A DNA stretch of 64,000 nucleotides, from the NCBI GenBank assembly GCA_051530055.1, contig CM121343.1, positions 2,822,389 through 2,886,388 of the forward strand, written 5' to 3'. The notes under the pieces are model-generated. The model was not told where the DNA came from and did not search any database. It worked only from the letters and a program-made list of their open reading frames with translations. Origin of the DNA: Neoechinorhynchus agilis (Eukaryota > Animalia > Acanthocephala). The translations under genes were made by a program, and so were the position numbers. Of the stretch, positions 62,934 to 64,000 are shown piece by piece. Within the stretch, counting starts at the first letter, position 1, and every line of letters begins with the position of its first letter.

Positions 62934-64000
62934 GTAAGTTCGTAATCAGTATTCCCAACGGGTCAGGGTTTTAAATATTCACAATTATATAACCTAGTTG
63001 CGCAATCAAATCTTTAACGTGGGTCCGTTTAAAAAAGCGACTATTCTGATTACAAAAATGATCGAAATGCTACCTGCAGCTATCAGGCTAGACGTCTTTT
63101 GAGTCATGTTGGTCTTTATCCAACCAATAGCTTTTTTGTGCTTCAAACTGAGCGAAATTGAAAAAATTACTGATGTGAGATTTAACAAATATAAGCGAAA
63201 TTTGCAAAGAAATGTAAGTGCTCCAAACTTAATTTTAAACCTACCGTAGACGCACGACTAACGACTAGTTAGGTTGTAAAAGAAACTTTTTAAATCGTGT
63301 GAAGGTAAATTGAGGCATTTAACAATTTCCAAACGTATAAAATATTAATAAAATTTATCTTATTTTATAAAATGCGAGATGCCTTGTACAACCGATGAAA
63401 AAAAAATTTTTAAATACTACATTCATTTAACAATGCTTGCCACAGTTGATCAAACTTTGCTTCGTTTATGTTAGACCGATTTTCAAAAGTAATAACTTGT
63501 TGAAAAGCGTTAGGCTTTCTAACGATCTTAGGCATTTAAAAAATTACAGTTTTTTTTAACAAAAAGAGTTTATAAATATCCACACCACCGCTTTGGACCA
63601 CTCAGCTACCATTCTATTGTAGTGGGCGAAAAGCGTTCTCCCCCATTGGGTCTGAAATAATTTCTTTATCAATTATATAGTAGTAACATTTATTTCAGTT
63701 ATTGAATATTTAAAAACTTTTAGCATTCTCCATGACTTCGGTATTACATTTTAAATTTATGGGGAGTCGACTTTCTCTGCGAAGTTTATAAATATATGAG
63801 TAATCTCATAAAAGTTGTTTCCGCTTAATATCATAACTAAATTCCGCCGCTGTATTCTTAAATTTGCACTTTCAAAAAATAATACACTACAAATTTAGCA
63901 AATCTTTGGAGTCCAAATGTGACAACTTTTGTGGAACGTGGAGGTTGCACTTTCTTCACAGCAATATTGTATATTTTAATAAAATTAGATTGCACTTTTG

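Overview
AT-rich animal (metazoan) genomic DNA with very short spliceosomal introns, mostly about 43-55 bp, and strongly diverged proteins. That pattern suggests a compact-intron, fast-evolving lineage, but the species cannot be named from this window. Recognisable host genes: a furin/PC1-type proprotein convertase, DNAJC25, an LRR/EGF extracellular protein, a chitin-binding (peritrophin-A) protein, an LRR protein built of 72-bp exons, proteasome beta5 (PSMB5), ASH2L, the first exon of a kindlin, and an RNase MRP RNA gene. Mobile DNA: three CRE-clade non-LTR pieces, an RTE remnant, CR1/L2-like LINE remnants and a decayed Penelope element. Repeats: a ~3.3-kb inverted duplication, a ~161-bp double-hairpin satellite and a 141-bp satellite. 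Two signals stand out. (1) One ~864-bp intron in an otherwise intact PSMB5 has neither GT/GC nor AG at its ends, but has terminal base-pairing and a flanking TA repeat; a second junction in the convertase is also hard to splice canonically. (2) Several families of short fold-back elements carry Penelope-type minimal hammerhead ribozyme cores (CTGANGA...GAAA-NN-TH), some on both strands. All calls were made by eye; no alignment, folding or database search was run, and many coordinates are approximate.
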